From the NCBI GenBank assembly GCA_043228905.1, contig JBHGNT010000009.1, positions 6,262,001 through 6,326,000 of the forward strand: a stretch of DNA of 64,000 nt. Reading direction: 5' to 3'. Within the stretch, counting starts at the first letter, position 1, and every line of letters begins with the position of its first letter. Below are positions 10,953-25,900 of the stretch, in pieces. A model generated the notes under the pieces. That model was not told where the DNA came from and made no database searches. It worked only from the letters and a program-made list of their open reading frames with translations. Position numbers and translations under genes: made by a program. Origin of the DNA: Azolla caroliniana (lineage: Eukaryota; Plantae; Polypodiophyta).

Positions 10953-13900
10953 CTGCAAGCACATACACATTGAAATATGGTCAGCATTTCAAAACAAACT
11001 TTTCAATGTGAAAACATGTATACATTTTCTATTTATTTTAATTGTGACTATAGTATTGGAAACTATAATTATTTTACTATTCCAACAAGCTGATGCCCGT
11101 GGAAAAGCAAGAATAAAGTTTCCGTGGAAATTTTGAAAGGAGATCATATATGAGAATACAGGTAGAAACGAGCAATGTCACCTCTCTTGCGAATGTTGTT
11201 CACTCTATCCAAAAGTTTATACTTCTTTTCAATATTTCTTAATAGGGCTCCATTGTTCACAAAATCTTCCATCAGAGGGAAATCATCAGGTCCTTCGACC
11301 ATCGAAGATAAAGCTTGCAGAAATTCCTCGCCTCTTGCCAATGGATTATACAAGCCATTCTGTGAAATTCCCGTACCATTCCCAAGTACCGCATCAATAT
11401 CACTGAGATAAGAAATACAGAATATCCTCCAAACAATCTCGATGGTTTTAAACCTAAGCCTCCTTAAATGGCTCATCTGAATTTCTGCTATGCTTCCTCC
11501 CAAGTGAGAAAGAGCTTTTCGCACAGTTGGTAACAAAGTATCATGCATTGCAGCAAATATCCTCAAAATCTCAAATTTTTCATTGCTAAAACAACCAAAA
11601 ATAATTAATCAGGTAACTGATGGACAAATGAATAAAAAGATGAATAAAAAAAAGATTCAATACCTCTGATGAACCAATATTTTGGCACTATCTGGGTATA
11701 CGTCCACGAGTGCATGGATAGAAATCAATACATTGATTGCAAAGGTCAACATCTGTACCAATCATTCATACATCACAACCTTCCACAACAATAAATAACT
11801 TAAGATCTCTCAGCCTACCTCCTCTCCTTTTATAATAATGGGCTTACCGTAGACTACCAACATAAGTTCATGGGTTCAAATCCCTACTTTCACACATCTT
11901 TGCGAGATTATATCAATTCCAAACAAGCACATGTAGCCACATCAGTATATCAAACTAACAGCCCCAAGGCCTCCAAATAGCCATCTCAAATATGGCATAA
12001 TTCTCTCTCTCTCGCTCTCTTTGTAGAAAGCATTTTCTTATAAAGTGTCTCCATGTCAAGAAACAAACACCATACAAAATCATTGAGATGGAATCACATC
12101 CTATTGAGATCATGGCTATAGAAAGGGTTATTGAATACATGCTTAAGGTTCAAAAAAGTCCCTCACATTACCTTCCTAGAATTGCATGGGAAACAAGCAA
12201 AAAGATACAAATGGCACTTAAAAACAAAAACAATTGTTCCAGCCGGATGCAAGATATGGAAAAATGGTTTGGAAGATAGGTTGCAACACGCTCACTTCAT
12301 GATACATCACTAAAATTATCTATGAATGAGGCCCTTTTGCAACGCCAATGTATCATAACATGGAAAAAATGTGGAGGCTCCTGCTTCACATTACACTACA
12401 TATGTTGCACCTAACTACAAAAACCATATTCTTCGCCAAACAGGGAAATTGCACACATCAATACATGTTAGTCCCCATCCCGTTGTCTGCAATCCGAACC
12501 ATTGCTCCCATGCGTCTTAGATCACGCTCACTATGATGTGAGACAGGTCATTGGAATACAAGTGATGAGAGTAACTGATTATATACATTGTGCCCTAAAC
12601 AAGTTCGAGAGTATGAGTATCACACTTTGATACAAACCTCTACCTTTGATCACATTCAACGTGCTTTTCACACATCTTTGACCAAACCTAATCCTTGCAC
12701 GAATTTCTCTCACAATCACAGTGTGCACTCTCAATTGCAACATCCATTAGTAAAGTTCTTGACTATCCAGAATCGCAACTTATTTTCTTGAAAATGTTAT
12801 ATTTTTTGTCTCATAGGTCATATTTGGCCATTATCTCCCACCATCACAGGTGCTTCCCTCACTTTAGAGACCTCTCCATATTCTGGGTTGACGTATGCTA
12901 GAGATCTTTCGAAGACAAAAAGTACAATATATCTGACCTGCAACTCTTACATGCATAGATGACAAGATTCTTTAGTCACATCTTTTTTCCATTTCATTTT
13001 CTTTTTCTACCTACTTAACGTTTATTTTGGTTTCCTGTTCTCAAAGATGAGACAACATTTTAAGATGTAATTTCTTGTTTGGCTTATAGGCCATATTAGG
13101 CCTTTTAAAAGACATTAATATATCTTTCTTTCTTCTTCTTTCTCCACTTACAAGAACCATGTACCAAAGTACAGTTATTCAACGCCATGGACCCTGCCTT
13201 GTATACAGTGCATCCACATCTACATGTGGACAAACAGTGTCTCCACTAGTCATGATGTTGTATTGTAACAGATGATATATGGCAAAGAATCATCCCACAC
13301 GAGATCATCTGTGCTGAATTGGCCGCAACCCCCCTGATGGTAGAATCATTATTCCAGACAGCGAATGTCATCAACCGGATTTAAACGTTGCCACCTCAGA
13401 GAATAACACATTAGACGTTCAAAGTATCGGAGAAAATGGCACCAACAGAACACACCTCACAGTTCATGAAGTGGTTCAACAACCATGGCCTCGACATCGA
13501 AAACTTGCCACTCTTCCCATATTGTACCCCTCTCCAAAATTATGAAAGAAACAAGGTATTGTTGCAAGATCTATGGCAGCTCTATACCAAAAAAAACTTC
13601 CCCCACACAGGAGCCAGTTCCCCCAGAGATGAACTTCTCTGAGGATGGATTCATATAAAGACAGAGATACATGGATGTCTACATACCCCATATTGCTCGC
13701 AAAGCAATATGCCAACTCCGAGTTTCCTCCCACCAACTAGAGATTGAAGCAGTGTGAGCACTTCACACACCTAGACCAGAAAGCTTCTGCAAATTATTTG
13801 TAGGAGAGATCAAAAGCAAGGAACATTTTGTGTGTAGGTTCCTTGCTTTCAACCACATCAGCAAGAAGCATGTGGCCTCCATCACCATTTGATAAATTAT

Positions 13901-16900
13901 GGAGAAGGCTGACACCATAGTTTGGCCAAATCTTGCTCAAGCTTCAAAAGCTTATCAATCCTTATAGAATGTGGGATGCAACGACAATCGCACATCATTG
14001 ATTTCTTCCATAGCTCCTTACCTTCACTAACATGAAGAGGAGTAACAAGAGAGAGTGCAAATTAATACCCATGACGATGAAGAATGTGAGTCCTAGGATA
14101 CATATAAGGCACATGGGCCATACATTCACCAGATCATTGCTCACCTTGTTCAATCTGCAGGACACAAACCCAGATGTGCTTATTGAACTTCTTCATAGCC
14201 TTGTTTCATAGCACCAACGAACCTTGGATACAAAGTTCAGTCACTAAAACTCTTATACACACTAGTTATGCACGTCATGATTGTAAACCATCTCCAAAAA
14301 TCATCCTGAGGCATTATTCCAATCAGTGACTGTTATCCAACAGCTTTGCGGCCTCCCTAAATAAAAGTTGAGACCTGGTTGGCACTTTTTTAGTTACATT
14401 TATTCTGGTTTTTTGTTCTCAAAGCCAGACAACAAATTAAAATGTAATCTCTCGTTTGGTGTTCTAAACCATTTTGGCCTGTTAAAGGAAGTTAATCTCT
14501 AGATCGGTTTATTGGAATCATAGGCCATTTTGGCCTCCTCTTTCCTCCGCCCTCTTTGTCTGTGTTATACAGACCTAAATCAGATAAAACAACCTCTGCA
14601 CTCACGAGTAAAACTATATCATATGTACCCTTAAAGAAAATTGCAGACATCTTGAGATTTTTTCTAAATAGTTAAAATAAGATCAAATTCTTTCAAAATG
14701 GTATCAAATCTAGTTAAAATAGTGCCTAGACTGAAAAAGACAATGCCAAATCTAGCTGGAAAATAATACCTCAACTCCTAAAATGCAGTTCTAGAGTTTT
14801 ATGTCCCAGATCAATCTTTCTCAGGTTTTCCACATATATTTTTGTTTAAATGAGTCGGCCATCAGTTTCAGCTTGCAGTTGTTATGCTCAGAGCACTCCT
14901 AAATTTGTTCAGTTTTCTACATGTTTACTTGATTCAAAGTGAGCACACCCTCTTCTTCCATATTTGCAACACAAAAACTCCCGACATAACTAATTACTTT
15001 ATTCCAAATATTACAGTGATATTATCACAGTACACCTTCAATTTTGTCATTCCATGTGTGAGTTAAGGAGGCTAGAAGGCTACTTTATAGCTATTTTGTC
15101 ATTGAAAAGCAAGAGAAAAGCAAAGAGACATGTGTCCGGTAGGATCAGATGAATTTACCTCAAGAAAGGCAGTTGATTATAAGTAATTCTCAGTAAAATA
15201 TGTCATTTCCACTTTACAAATTTTCAAAAAGAAAACCTTCAAATTCAAGGCTTATATCAAATTACCTCAATCAGTTCATCCTGGACCTTCAGTATCATAG
15301 ATTTGGATGTTTGCTCGCCCACCTGAAATGTAGATTGAAAACAATAAGTGATATATCTCTTGTTGACATCACTACCAAACTTCTATGACTGGAGTTTAAT
15401 GGTTTCATGGCTGATTAAAAAAATACACATCTAATTTCAAGATATCATGTATTTCATTATTTGGATTTAGTAAATAACTCAAAACAGCTTTCAAATCATT
15501 GTTCTACTGATTGTTTTGATGTACATGAGTGTCGATTTTGAGTACTTTTGCATTGGGAGGCCCTAAATCATTAGATACATACCAGTCATTGATCAGGATA
15601 GCCTCTATCACTGTGGGGCTGCGCCAATCTTAGCCTGGATTATATCATCGGGCACTGATGCTTTGCTCCTTATTAAGCAAGCAATAATCTAGACTACAAG
15701 CCTCTTCGAATCTCCCCAGTTATGTGACCTTTGGAGGCTTTGCCCCAAATTTCCACCCCATACAAAAACAAGATACATTAAAGTTCTAAACGGGCCAAAA
15801 CAGCCTATGAGACCAAAGAAAGAAAGATATATTAACATCTTCTAAGAAGCCAAAATGGCCTAATCTTCATCCGGTGGGGTAATATCAACAGTTCTGAATT
15901 TTCACTTTGATTCCTGGTGCTTTTCTTTTTCACCATAGAGCACCACTCTCCAAGTTATTACTTAATGGAAGATTCAAATATGAATTTCCATCTGTACTCA
16001 TATTTCACAAACTATCATAAAGATAAGCCTGAGATATTGATTCAAATATGTTGGGACACGATACTGATCCTTTGCTTCCAAGAACGGATGATCCTGAACA
16101 AAGTGGAAAAGAATAGAGTGACCCGAACTGATATTATTAACTTGAAAAGCAAGATAACATGGATCAGCCCCAAAATACCACTTGGTACAAAGGTGGCCCA
16201 CTATAAGACACACTTCTTACATACATCGGAGGATGGATTTGTCATCAGGCCACCTTATATGGACATACATCTATCCTATGCGCTACGTAGTGTGATAGGG
16301 CAGCTGCGAACTTCATCACATCAGCTACAAATTGAGGTAGGCAGATATACACAACTACCTCTAGAAGAAAGAAAGAAAGAAAGAAAGATATATTAATGTC
16401 TTTTAAGAGGCCAAAATTGCCTATAAGACCAAATAAGAGATTACATCTTAAGTGGAATCTGCCAATTGTGTCATCAAGGAGTGGAATCTGAAGAACACTA
16501 TGTTTATCATTGTAGTGTCTTTTATGAAATCAGAGGGAGATACCATTGCCTCTTTAAACAAGGCTTTGGCCCACTACGCAAGGTAATGGAATATGAGGAC
16601 CAACGATGCCTAGGACTTTGCTTCCTAGAGCTCAAGAGACATCGGGAAAAGTTGTTGAAGAATACAGCCACACAAGCTCATCCACAAAGAACAATCACAA
16701 CTTTCTTTAGCCCCATCACTCCTAATGCTAGAAGTCAACCCCGGGATACACAAATGGGCTCCCGACCAGGACATAACAAAGGGGTTACAATTGATTGGGC
16801 AATGGCAATTTGCCGTGCACGTAGGCCTTGGCCCCATAGACCACGACCTCGACACCCTTGTCATCGACAGATAAAAGCCATTATCTCCCGCCATCGTAGG

Positions 16901-19900
16901 TGTTTCCCTCGCTTCGGAGACATTTCCATTCTGGATCGACCTATGCTAGAGACCTTTCGAAGACAAAAGCTACAATATACCTAACTTGAGGATCTCACAT
17001 GTGCCAAAAACCAAATTCCCTCATTAATTTTCATTTCATGTTATTTACTTTTATATTTACTGTGTAATATTTATTTTATTTTGATTTGTTCTCAAAGACA
17101 AGACAACACTTAAGATGTAATCTCTTATTTGGTCTTATAGGCCATTTTGGCCTCTTAAAAGACGTTAATATATCTTTCTTTCTTCCAACTCCTTCGATAA
17201 TGCAACATGTTCATTAAGATGGTAAACCAGACTTCATTTGGTTACTCCCCAGAATGCTGAGACTAATTCATTTGGTTACCCTCTGAATAGGCTCCAGTTA
17301 TCAAAGATATTGTCTTTCCAAAAGATCAATGAGATCTTAAATTCATTCAAACCTTTTGAGAATTCGTTGAAATTGATAATATGGAATGGACATATAGATT
17401 CCTTCCAAGTATATCGATCTAGCATTGTTCTATACAGATAAGTTAGAGTGTTTTCGAAGCTTTGGTGTATCTCAAAATGTGGAGTAGCATTGTTCTATAC
17501 AGATATAGATTCTTTCCAAGTATATCGATCTAGCATTGTTCTATACAGATAAGTTGAAGTGTTTTCGAAGCTTTGGTGTATCTCAAAATGTGGAGTAGCC
17601 ATGCAAGACGCCATGCGCTTAGCCCATGCAGCCACTCATGTGGCCGCCATGTGTGACAATTAGGTGCCATGTGAGCATGTGTAATAACCCTTTTGGGCCT
17701 AATACGTAAGCGGAGTGTCTGCTCACCAAAAAGGGCAGAGTAGATTTCCCTTCCTTCTTGCTTCGTGTGTATACTACATATTGGTGGAGATGACATACTC
17801 TTCTCCCACACCTAATGCAACCCCTCAGCCTCATCGCACCCATGCATCATCTAATACACACCTGGGGGCCACCCTCTACAGTAAGACAAGCAAGGCCATT
17901 GGCAGACCATCTCCTTTATTGGCTGTGCCCTAACAGCAGCCAAGCAAAACTACTCGACGACCGAAAATGAACTATTGGCGGTGGTATGGTCATTCCAGAA
18001 GCTACACCCATACCTCCTCAGGATGATAGTCCAAGTTGAGACAGATCATCAACCCCTCATCGGACTACCTCAAGAACCACCCCCCTGGTCGTTTGTTGAG
18101 GTGGGCCCTTGCCGTCCATGAGTACAATTTTGTGCTCATTTACAGGAAGGGCACTAACAATGTATTGGTGGATAGCCTCTCTCGCACCGAGCATCAAGCC
18201 ATCCAATTCCTCCCCATTTCGCCGATCTTCCCCATGATCCAGCCCAACTCATGCAAGCCCAACAAATAGATGAAGGGATCTGCAACATCATACACACCAT
18301 TCAAGTGGGTCAGCATCTACCTGGCCATGACAAATTCATAATCATTAACCACGTCCTCTACTTCGCAACAAGAGATCAAGCCCCACAGTGTCTACATACC
18401 CACCTCCTGCGTCCTTTTCCTACATAGGCACAAGGTAATAGGTACATATTGGTGATAACAGAATACCTCACTAGGTGGTGCGAAGCTATTCCTCTTCCAG
18501 ACACCACAGCCAATAAATTGGCCCGAGCTCTCTCAGACAAATTAATCTTCCCCCACGGATGTCCACTACAGCTTCTATCTGACCAAGGTCCCCAGTTCAG
18601 GGGCGAAGTCATGTGCACGCTCACCCAGAGCCTATGGATCAAGCAGCTGTTCACATCCCCCAATCAACCACAAACGAATGGCCTGACCAAGCACATGAAC
18701 AAGACGATCAAGCGGATCATCTCTGCCTATGTGGATCCTGTCCATCAGGATTGGGATCAGAACCTACTTTTTGCAATCCATGCATACAACACATCCGTGC
18801 AAGCATCAACCCAGATCAGCCCTTTCCGCACGCTATATGTTTGAGATCCTCGACTGCCTCTGGACCCCCAATCGGTACTGGTGAACCCCCAGCACGCAGC
18901 TGCAACAGAATGGCGGCTCTACTTGCAATACCACTAGCCCACTACTACAACACGCCCTGCAGTATAATTTGGCAGTCACACAGCAAAGGCAAAAGCAGGC
19001 ATACGACAACCACCCATTCCACCCACCTTCCGTCCTATATTTCCCTTCCTTCTTACTTCTAATATACTCTTTGAATAAGCCCCATTTTTCAAAGATGGGT
19101 ATGGATTTTCCAAACCCTAAACTACCTAAGTTCTAACAATGTTGATGAGCCTATGGAATTTTTTCTCAACAATCAACAACCTAGACTCAAAGATTAAACC
19201 ATTTTTATCTTGGAGAATCCTTCTTTTCAGGAAGGATATTTGAGCAACCTGAGTGTTAATTCCATGTCATTTCGATAAGCAATTAAGCTTCAAAAGACCT
19301 ATCAAATTCAACTTGAGTGTAATAATAAATCATATCTACCAAAGATTTTTGGCGAGTGCCTTCTCAAATAATCGCTTTGTAAAGAAGTAAAACATTGAGA
19401 TGTTATTAATGCTAGTGCCAAAACTACCCAATAGTTTGCTTCTTTTCACATCAACAATGTGCTCACATGTTTACCATCCTCGGGTGGAGGAAGTGTGGTT
19501 GATTACGCATTAATGTCGTCCTGTAATCTATCATTGGTGAATGTGTTTAAAGTTGGTTCTCTATCTCCGAACTCAAACCACAAGCCATTGTACATAGAGC
19601 TTGCAATTCCACATTTCACCAATAGATGCCATGGAGAGAAAGACGAAAAGAGATGTATGCAAATGAAGTGGAGAACCATTTGTTAAATGTTTCTCTAAGC
19701 AACAATGTTAAAGAATATTGGCAACATTTGAAGGATATCATCCTTAAGGTTGGATATCAATACTTTAAGAGGCATGTGGGTGGGCATAAGATGCGTAGTT
19801 TTCCATGTAATTCTTGGTTCGACGATGAATGTAAGATGTATCTCAAATGGTTTAAGTCCATAGACGGGGAAAATGAAAAGATTGTTACATGGCACCTATA

Positions 19901-22900
19901 AAAGAAAGTAGTGAGGCAAAAGAAAAGAAGATATTTCCAAATGCAAGAGATAAAAAAGAAAAACTTGTTTAAGCTCAAACCAAAATTAGCATGGGGACAA
20001 CTTAAGGGTAAGAAAGAAGATGTGAAACGTCACTTTACAAATGAAGAGATGTTAGACTATGTACAAAGGCTATATATGCATGAAGGTGTGGCCCTTATGG
20101 TTGAGAAAATTGAAACACCATGCATTACATGTATTGATATTGATGATGTCAATAAGAGAATAAAGACGATGGCAAGTGGGAAAGCAGCAGATGCAACCTA
20201 CGTCTCAAGTGAGCTTTTAAAATGGACAATGCCACATACTCATCATTGGATAATGACAATTATAGAGCGAGCTATAAAACAAGGATTTCCAAATGATTGG
20301 CTTATGGATTGGATTAAACAAATATTTAACGCCGGAGATAAGAATCAAGTATCAAATTATCGTACAATAATGGTGCGCTAACTATTGCTAAATTATATAG
20401 CACTATTATGGAGCAAAAGATAAGCACATGGGCTGAAAGTACATGCAAAAGAGCACTTGGGCAAGCAGGATTTAGACCAAAACACTCCACTATAGATCAT
20501 TTGGTAACATTGAGAGTAATCATGGAAGAGAGACGACTACAAGGAAAAACACTTTATTGTTGTTTTGTTGATTTCAAGAAAGTTTTTGATACCGTATCAC
20601 GAAGTGAGCTTTGGAATAGAATGGTAGAGATTGGCATGCCATTAGAGTACCGAGTTGCTATTGCACGCCTATATGAACAAGTTAAATGCCAACTACAAAT
20701 GGATAGTGAATTCTCAAAGCACTTTTTAAGTAACATGGGGGTCAAGCAAGGATGTCCACTATCACCAACACTCTTTGACTTATGTATTGATAAATTAGAA
20801 GAAGTGGTGAATAAGGTTGCAAGAGAAGAAGGATTGAATGCCCCCAAATTGATGCAACATGTTATCTTATTTCTTCTATATGCAGATGATCTGGTACTCT
20901 CCTCATATGATGTTGATAGTATGCAACATTTACTTGGGGTATTAGAAGAATTTTGCCATAGTAGTGGACTAGCAGTGAATGTGCAGAAAACAAAAATGAT
21001 GGTAGAGCAAACCATCCAACCTCATCATTACCCTATGCTCAGATATAGAGGGGAAAATATACAATTTGTTTGAAACTTTAAATGTCTTGGTATTGATGTA
21101 CCCGCCAAAAATAAATGGAGTGCATGCTTTGATTCCAAGCTCCAAGCCGGTTGAAAATTGTATTACCTTTTGGAGAACCCATGCAACCAAAGTGATACTT
21201 GTGGATGGGAAGTAAAACTAATGTTGTTCAATGCCATGGTAACTCAAGTATTGCTTTATGGAGTAGAAGTATGGGGTGGCACCATCTCTCTTAATGCATG
21301 GAATGAGATTGAGAAAATTCAAAAGATGTTTTTAAGGAGGCAATTAGGAATTAAATGCACTACCTCTTACTAGGTTATGCTCTTGGAAACATGTGTTCAA
21401 CCCATAGAGTTATTGGCACTCCAAAGAGTATATAAATACATTACAAAAGTCAAGAATATGCCGAATCATCGATTACCACATCTTGCTTGGAATGTTGGAT
21501 GTAAGCTACAAAAGAATCATAAAAGTAAGATTCTCTCATCCGGTTAGGTTATTGACATAAGGAAATGGTTTAGAAGATGGGGTGTGGATGATCTTTTAGA
21601 GCTTTCAGGCAATGCTATGCATTATGTAATGATTGAGGAAAGGTTGGTGGAATCATTAAGGATGAAGTGGGAAGATGCTAAGAGGACAAAGCTAGAATAC
21701 TACATTGCAAATGTCAACCCTAAATGTTGGTCTCAATATAAAGCAAGAATGCCTATTGATCATATCGAACCTTATCTCATTAACAATATGAGTAGTAATG
21801 CTCGTAGAGCCCTTACACTACTTCGCACTCGATCTCACAAGTTAGGTATTGAAGTTGCATCATGGTATTAAAATGTAACGAACTTGAATACATGCAAAGT
21901 ATGCAATGAAGGCATGCTAGAGGATGAATGTCACTTGCTCTTCACATGCTCGACATATAGTGCAATTCGTTCAAGATATGCCAAAATACTAAGAGGGAGT
22001 GATAACTCAAGTGTCATACTTAAGACACCACCAAGAAGGTCTCAATATAAAGCAAGAATGTCTATTGATCGTATCCCACCTTATCTCATTAACAATATGA
22101 GTAGTAATGCTCATAGAGCCCTTACACTACCTCGCACTCGATCTCAAAAGTTAGGTATTGAAGTTGCATCATGGTATTAAAATGTAACGAACTTGAAGAC
22201 ATGCAAAGTATGCAATGAAGGCATGGTAGAGGATGAATGTCACTTGCTCTTCACATGCTCGACATATAGTGCAATTCGTTCAAGATATGCCGACATACTA
22301 AGCAGGAGTGATAACTTAAGTGCCATACTTAAGACACCACCAAGAAGGTTGAGCTCATATGTGTATGCTTTATTCACATAGAGACTTTTTGCTCCAATGT
22401 ATGAATACCCCTTCTTCAGAAGGAGACACATATCAAGAACACATGTATACTATGGTCCCATAGGTCAAAATTGGCCTCTTTATGGACGATAAAAATTCTA
22501 ATTCTAATTCTAACAAGAAATTTTGATTAATTATCAACATTTCTTTTTTCAAGGAATTTTCTATAACAGAACTCGTGTTATTGATCTTTTCACTAATCAT
22601 GTCTTAATACATTGTCTTTCATCCATTTGCATCTCCAATTAAATCATAGAAATATCTCCACAAGACGAAATATGCTCTCAAATAAAATTGCTTCAACCTA
22701 TAGGATTGACTAAAAAAATTAAGCTTGAGTATTGCCATATCTAAAGACCTGATATTGATACATTAAAATAGGAAAAATGAAATTCAGCAATACCATAGAT
22801 AAGCATAGTTGGTAAATGGCATGCATTGTCGTGGAGAGTGAAGCTACAACATTTGCCAGATCATTATGCAGTTGTTTGATGGAGCTTAAAGCATTATGTA

Positions 22901-25900
22901 CCTGCAAAATTTTGATTCATAAGACCGTCAAGATAAATAGTCATACAATATGAACAAAGGTAAGGAATTTGCATTAATGAATATTAAAATATAATGGCAA
23001 AGTCTTCAGCCTAGTAGGATGAGGATAAGGTAAACCAGAGTTTCGACTCCAAACCAAAGGTATGGTACTCTGGTGAAAACTAAACCATAGGTTACATTGT
23101 AAATAACAGAAACAAAAATCCTGACCAAGATCCTCAACCTTTTATACTACTCTCTAATGGGATATGAGTGGTACTCTCGACCTTTTTTCATATAACTGGA
23201 ATATGAGCGGTACTCCATTTACACTAGAAGCAGTGATGGGGTCTTAGAAATGTATGTAACCAATAGTTTTAACCTCTTGAACTTAGAAAGTGTTGAAAAG
23301 TTTAAAATAATACACAAGAATTCATAGAAGGCTTCTGAAACATTGTCTCCCTAAAAATGTTCTAAAATAGCACAAATATCTTGGTAGTTCATTCATTGGA
23401 TGCAGTGTTTATATTTAGGCATACAACATGGTAGCAATCAAAGTTCGTATAATATTTCCTCCATAAGAATGAAAGAAAGAAAGATATATCAATGTCTTCT
23501 AAGAGGTGAAAATGGCCTATAAGACCAAACAAGGGATTACATCTAACGTGTTGTCTCGTCTTTGAGAACGACAAACCAAAATAGAATAAATATTTCTAAG
23601 TAAATATAAAAGTAAATAAGATAAAAGCAAACTAAAGAATCTAGTTTTCGGCACCTGTAAGATTCTCAAGTTAGATATATTATAATTGATGTCTTCGAAA
23701 TATCTCTAGCATAGGTCGATCTAGAATGGGCAAGTCTCCGAAGTGAGGGAAGCGCTTGCAATGGCAGGAGATAATGGCCTTTATCCGTCGATGACAATGG
23801 TGTTAAGGTCGTGGTTCGTGGGGAAGGGGCTTACGTGCTCGACAAATTGCTATTGCACGATTTATTGTAACCCCTTTGTTATGTCCTGGTTAGGAGCCCA
23901 TTTGTGTATCCCTTGATTGACTTGTACCGTTAGTAGAAGTGATAGGGCTAAAGAAAGTTGCGATTCTTCTTTGTGGATGAGCTTCTATAGCTGCACTATT
24001 GTCCTTCAACAACTTGTCCCTATGTCTCTTGAGTTCTATCAAGAAACGTCTTAGGCACTGTTGGTCCTCATATTCCATTACCTTGGATAGTGGGCCAAAG
24101 CCTTGTTTGAATAGGCAATGGTATCTCCTTCTTATTTCATAAAAGACACTACAGTGACAAACATAGTGTTCTTTGGATTCCACTCCTTGATGACACAATT
24201 TTTTAATTCTTTTTTCTAGAGGTATTCGTGTATATCTACCTACCTCAATCTCTAAGCCATGTGATGAAGTTCATAGCTGCCCTATCACACTATGCAACGC
24301 ATAGGATAGATGTATGTCCATATAAGGCGGCTGATGATGAATCCATCTTCTAATCTGTGTAAAAAGTATGTATTTTAGTGGACCATCTTCATACCAAGTG
24401 ATATTTTGGGGCTGATCCATGTTATCTTGTTTTTTTTCCAAGCTAATGATATCAATTCGGATCACTCTATTCTCTTCCAATTTGATCATGTTTAGATCGA
24501 GACAATCCAAGCTATAATGGAATAGGGGTAGTGCATCTATGCTTATGCCATGTGACTCAAACCATTGCTGCATTTCCGCATACCAAACATAAATGTCTCC
24601 ATTTTCAGCCAGTTGATAAAACCCAGTTCCCACGTTAATACTCCTTTGAAGCATTTGTAGCTGAAATGTATTCAACTTCAGTAGTACTCAATGCTACAAT
24701 CTTTTGCAATTTGGAGCACCAAGACATTGCTCCACCAGCAACTATAAATATATACCTGCTAGTAGACTTGTGTGTATCCAGGTCACCTGCCATATCTGCA
24801 TCACAATATCCTTGCAAACTTAATGCACCCTTCCCATAGCATAAACATTTTCTCTGTGTACCTTTAAGGTACCTGAAAACACACTTGACAGCCTCCCAAT
24901 GTGCTTTGCAAAGATTAGACATATAGTGACTAACAACTCCCACTGCATAAGCAATATCTGGACGAGTAGCTACCATAGCATACATTAGAGAACCACATGT
25001 TGATGCATAAGGAATTCCCTTTATAGCATTGACTTCCATCTCATCCTTTGGACAATGAGCCTTGCTAAGTTTAAGATATGAAGGCAAAGGAACTCCAAGG
25101 GACTTTGCTTCTGCCATATTAAATCTGTTGAGCACTTTTTCAATGTAATTTTCTTGTAACAAAAACAACAATTTGTCCTTTTTGTTTCTATTGATTCTCA
25201 TGCCCAAAATATGCTCTACATTTCCCAAATTTTTCATAGAGAAGACCGATTTCAGTTGCTCTTTTAGAGCATCAAGACTAGTATTTCTTTTCCCAGCTAG
25301 CAACATATCATCCACATATAGAACAAGTATGATGGGACTGTCATTGATATCCTTTCTTGTGTATAAACAATGATCTACATAGCTACGATCAAAACCTTGA
25401 GCATAAAAGTATCAAACTTCTTATACCACTGTGGTGGTGCTTGTTTTAGGCCATACAGGCTACGTTTTAGTTTGCAACCAAATGCTCCTTGTTAGGGACT
25501 ACAAAACACTTAGGTTGTTTCATGTAGATCTCTTCATCAATATCACCGTGCAAAAAAGTGGTCTTTACATCCATTTGGTACAACTCCAGATTAAGCATTG
25601 AAGTGAGAGCAAATAGCACATCTTCACAACAGGAGAGAGGACCTCTTGGAAGTCAATGCCTTCCTTATGTGCATAACCCTTGGAAACTAATCTTGCCTTG
25701 TATTTTGGTTTCCCTTCAATTTTCTTTACTTTATAAACCCACTTAATCAAAAGAGCTTTCCTTCCTTCACGTAAGGACACAAGATCCCAAGTATCATTTG
25801 CATACAAAGATTTTATTTCTTCTTGCATTACTAGCTCCCACGTACTGCTAAGTTCACATGACATTGCCTCTTTATAAGTAAGAGGTTCACCTTCATCTAA

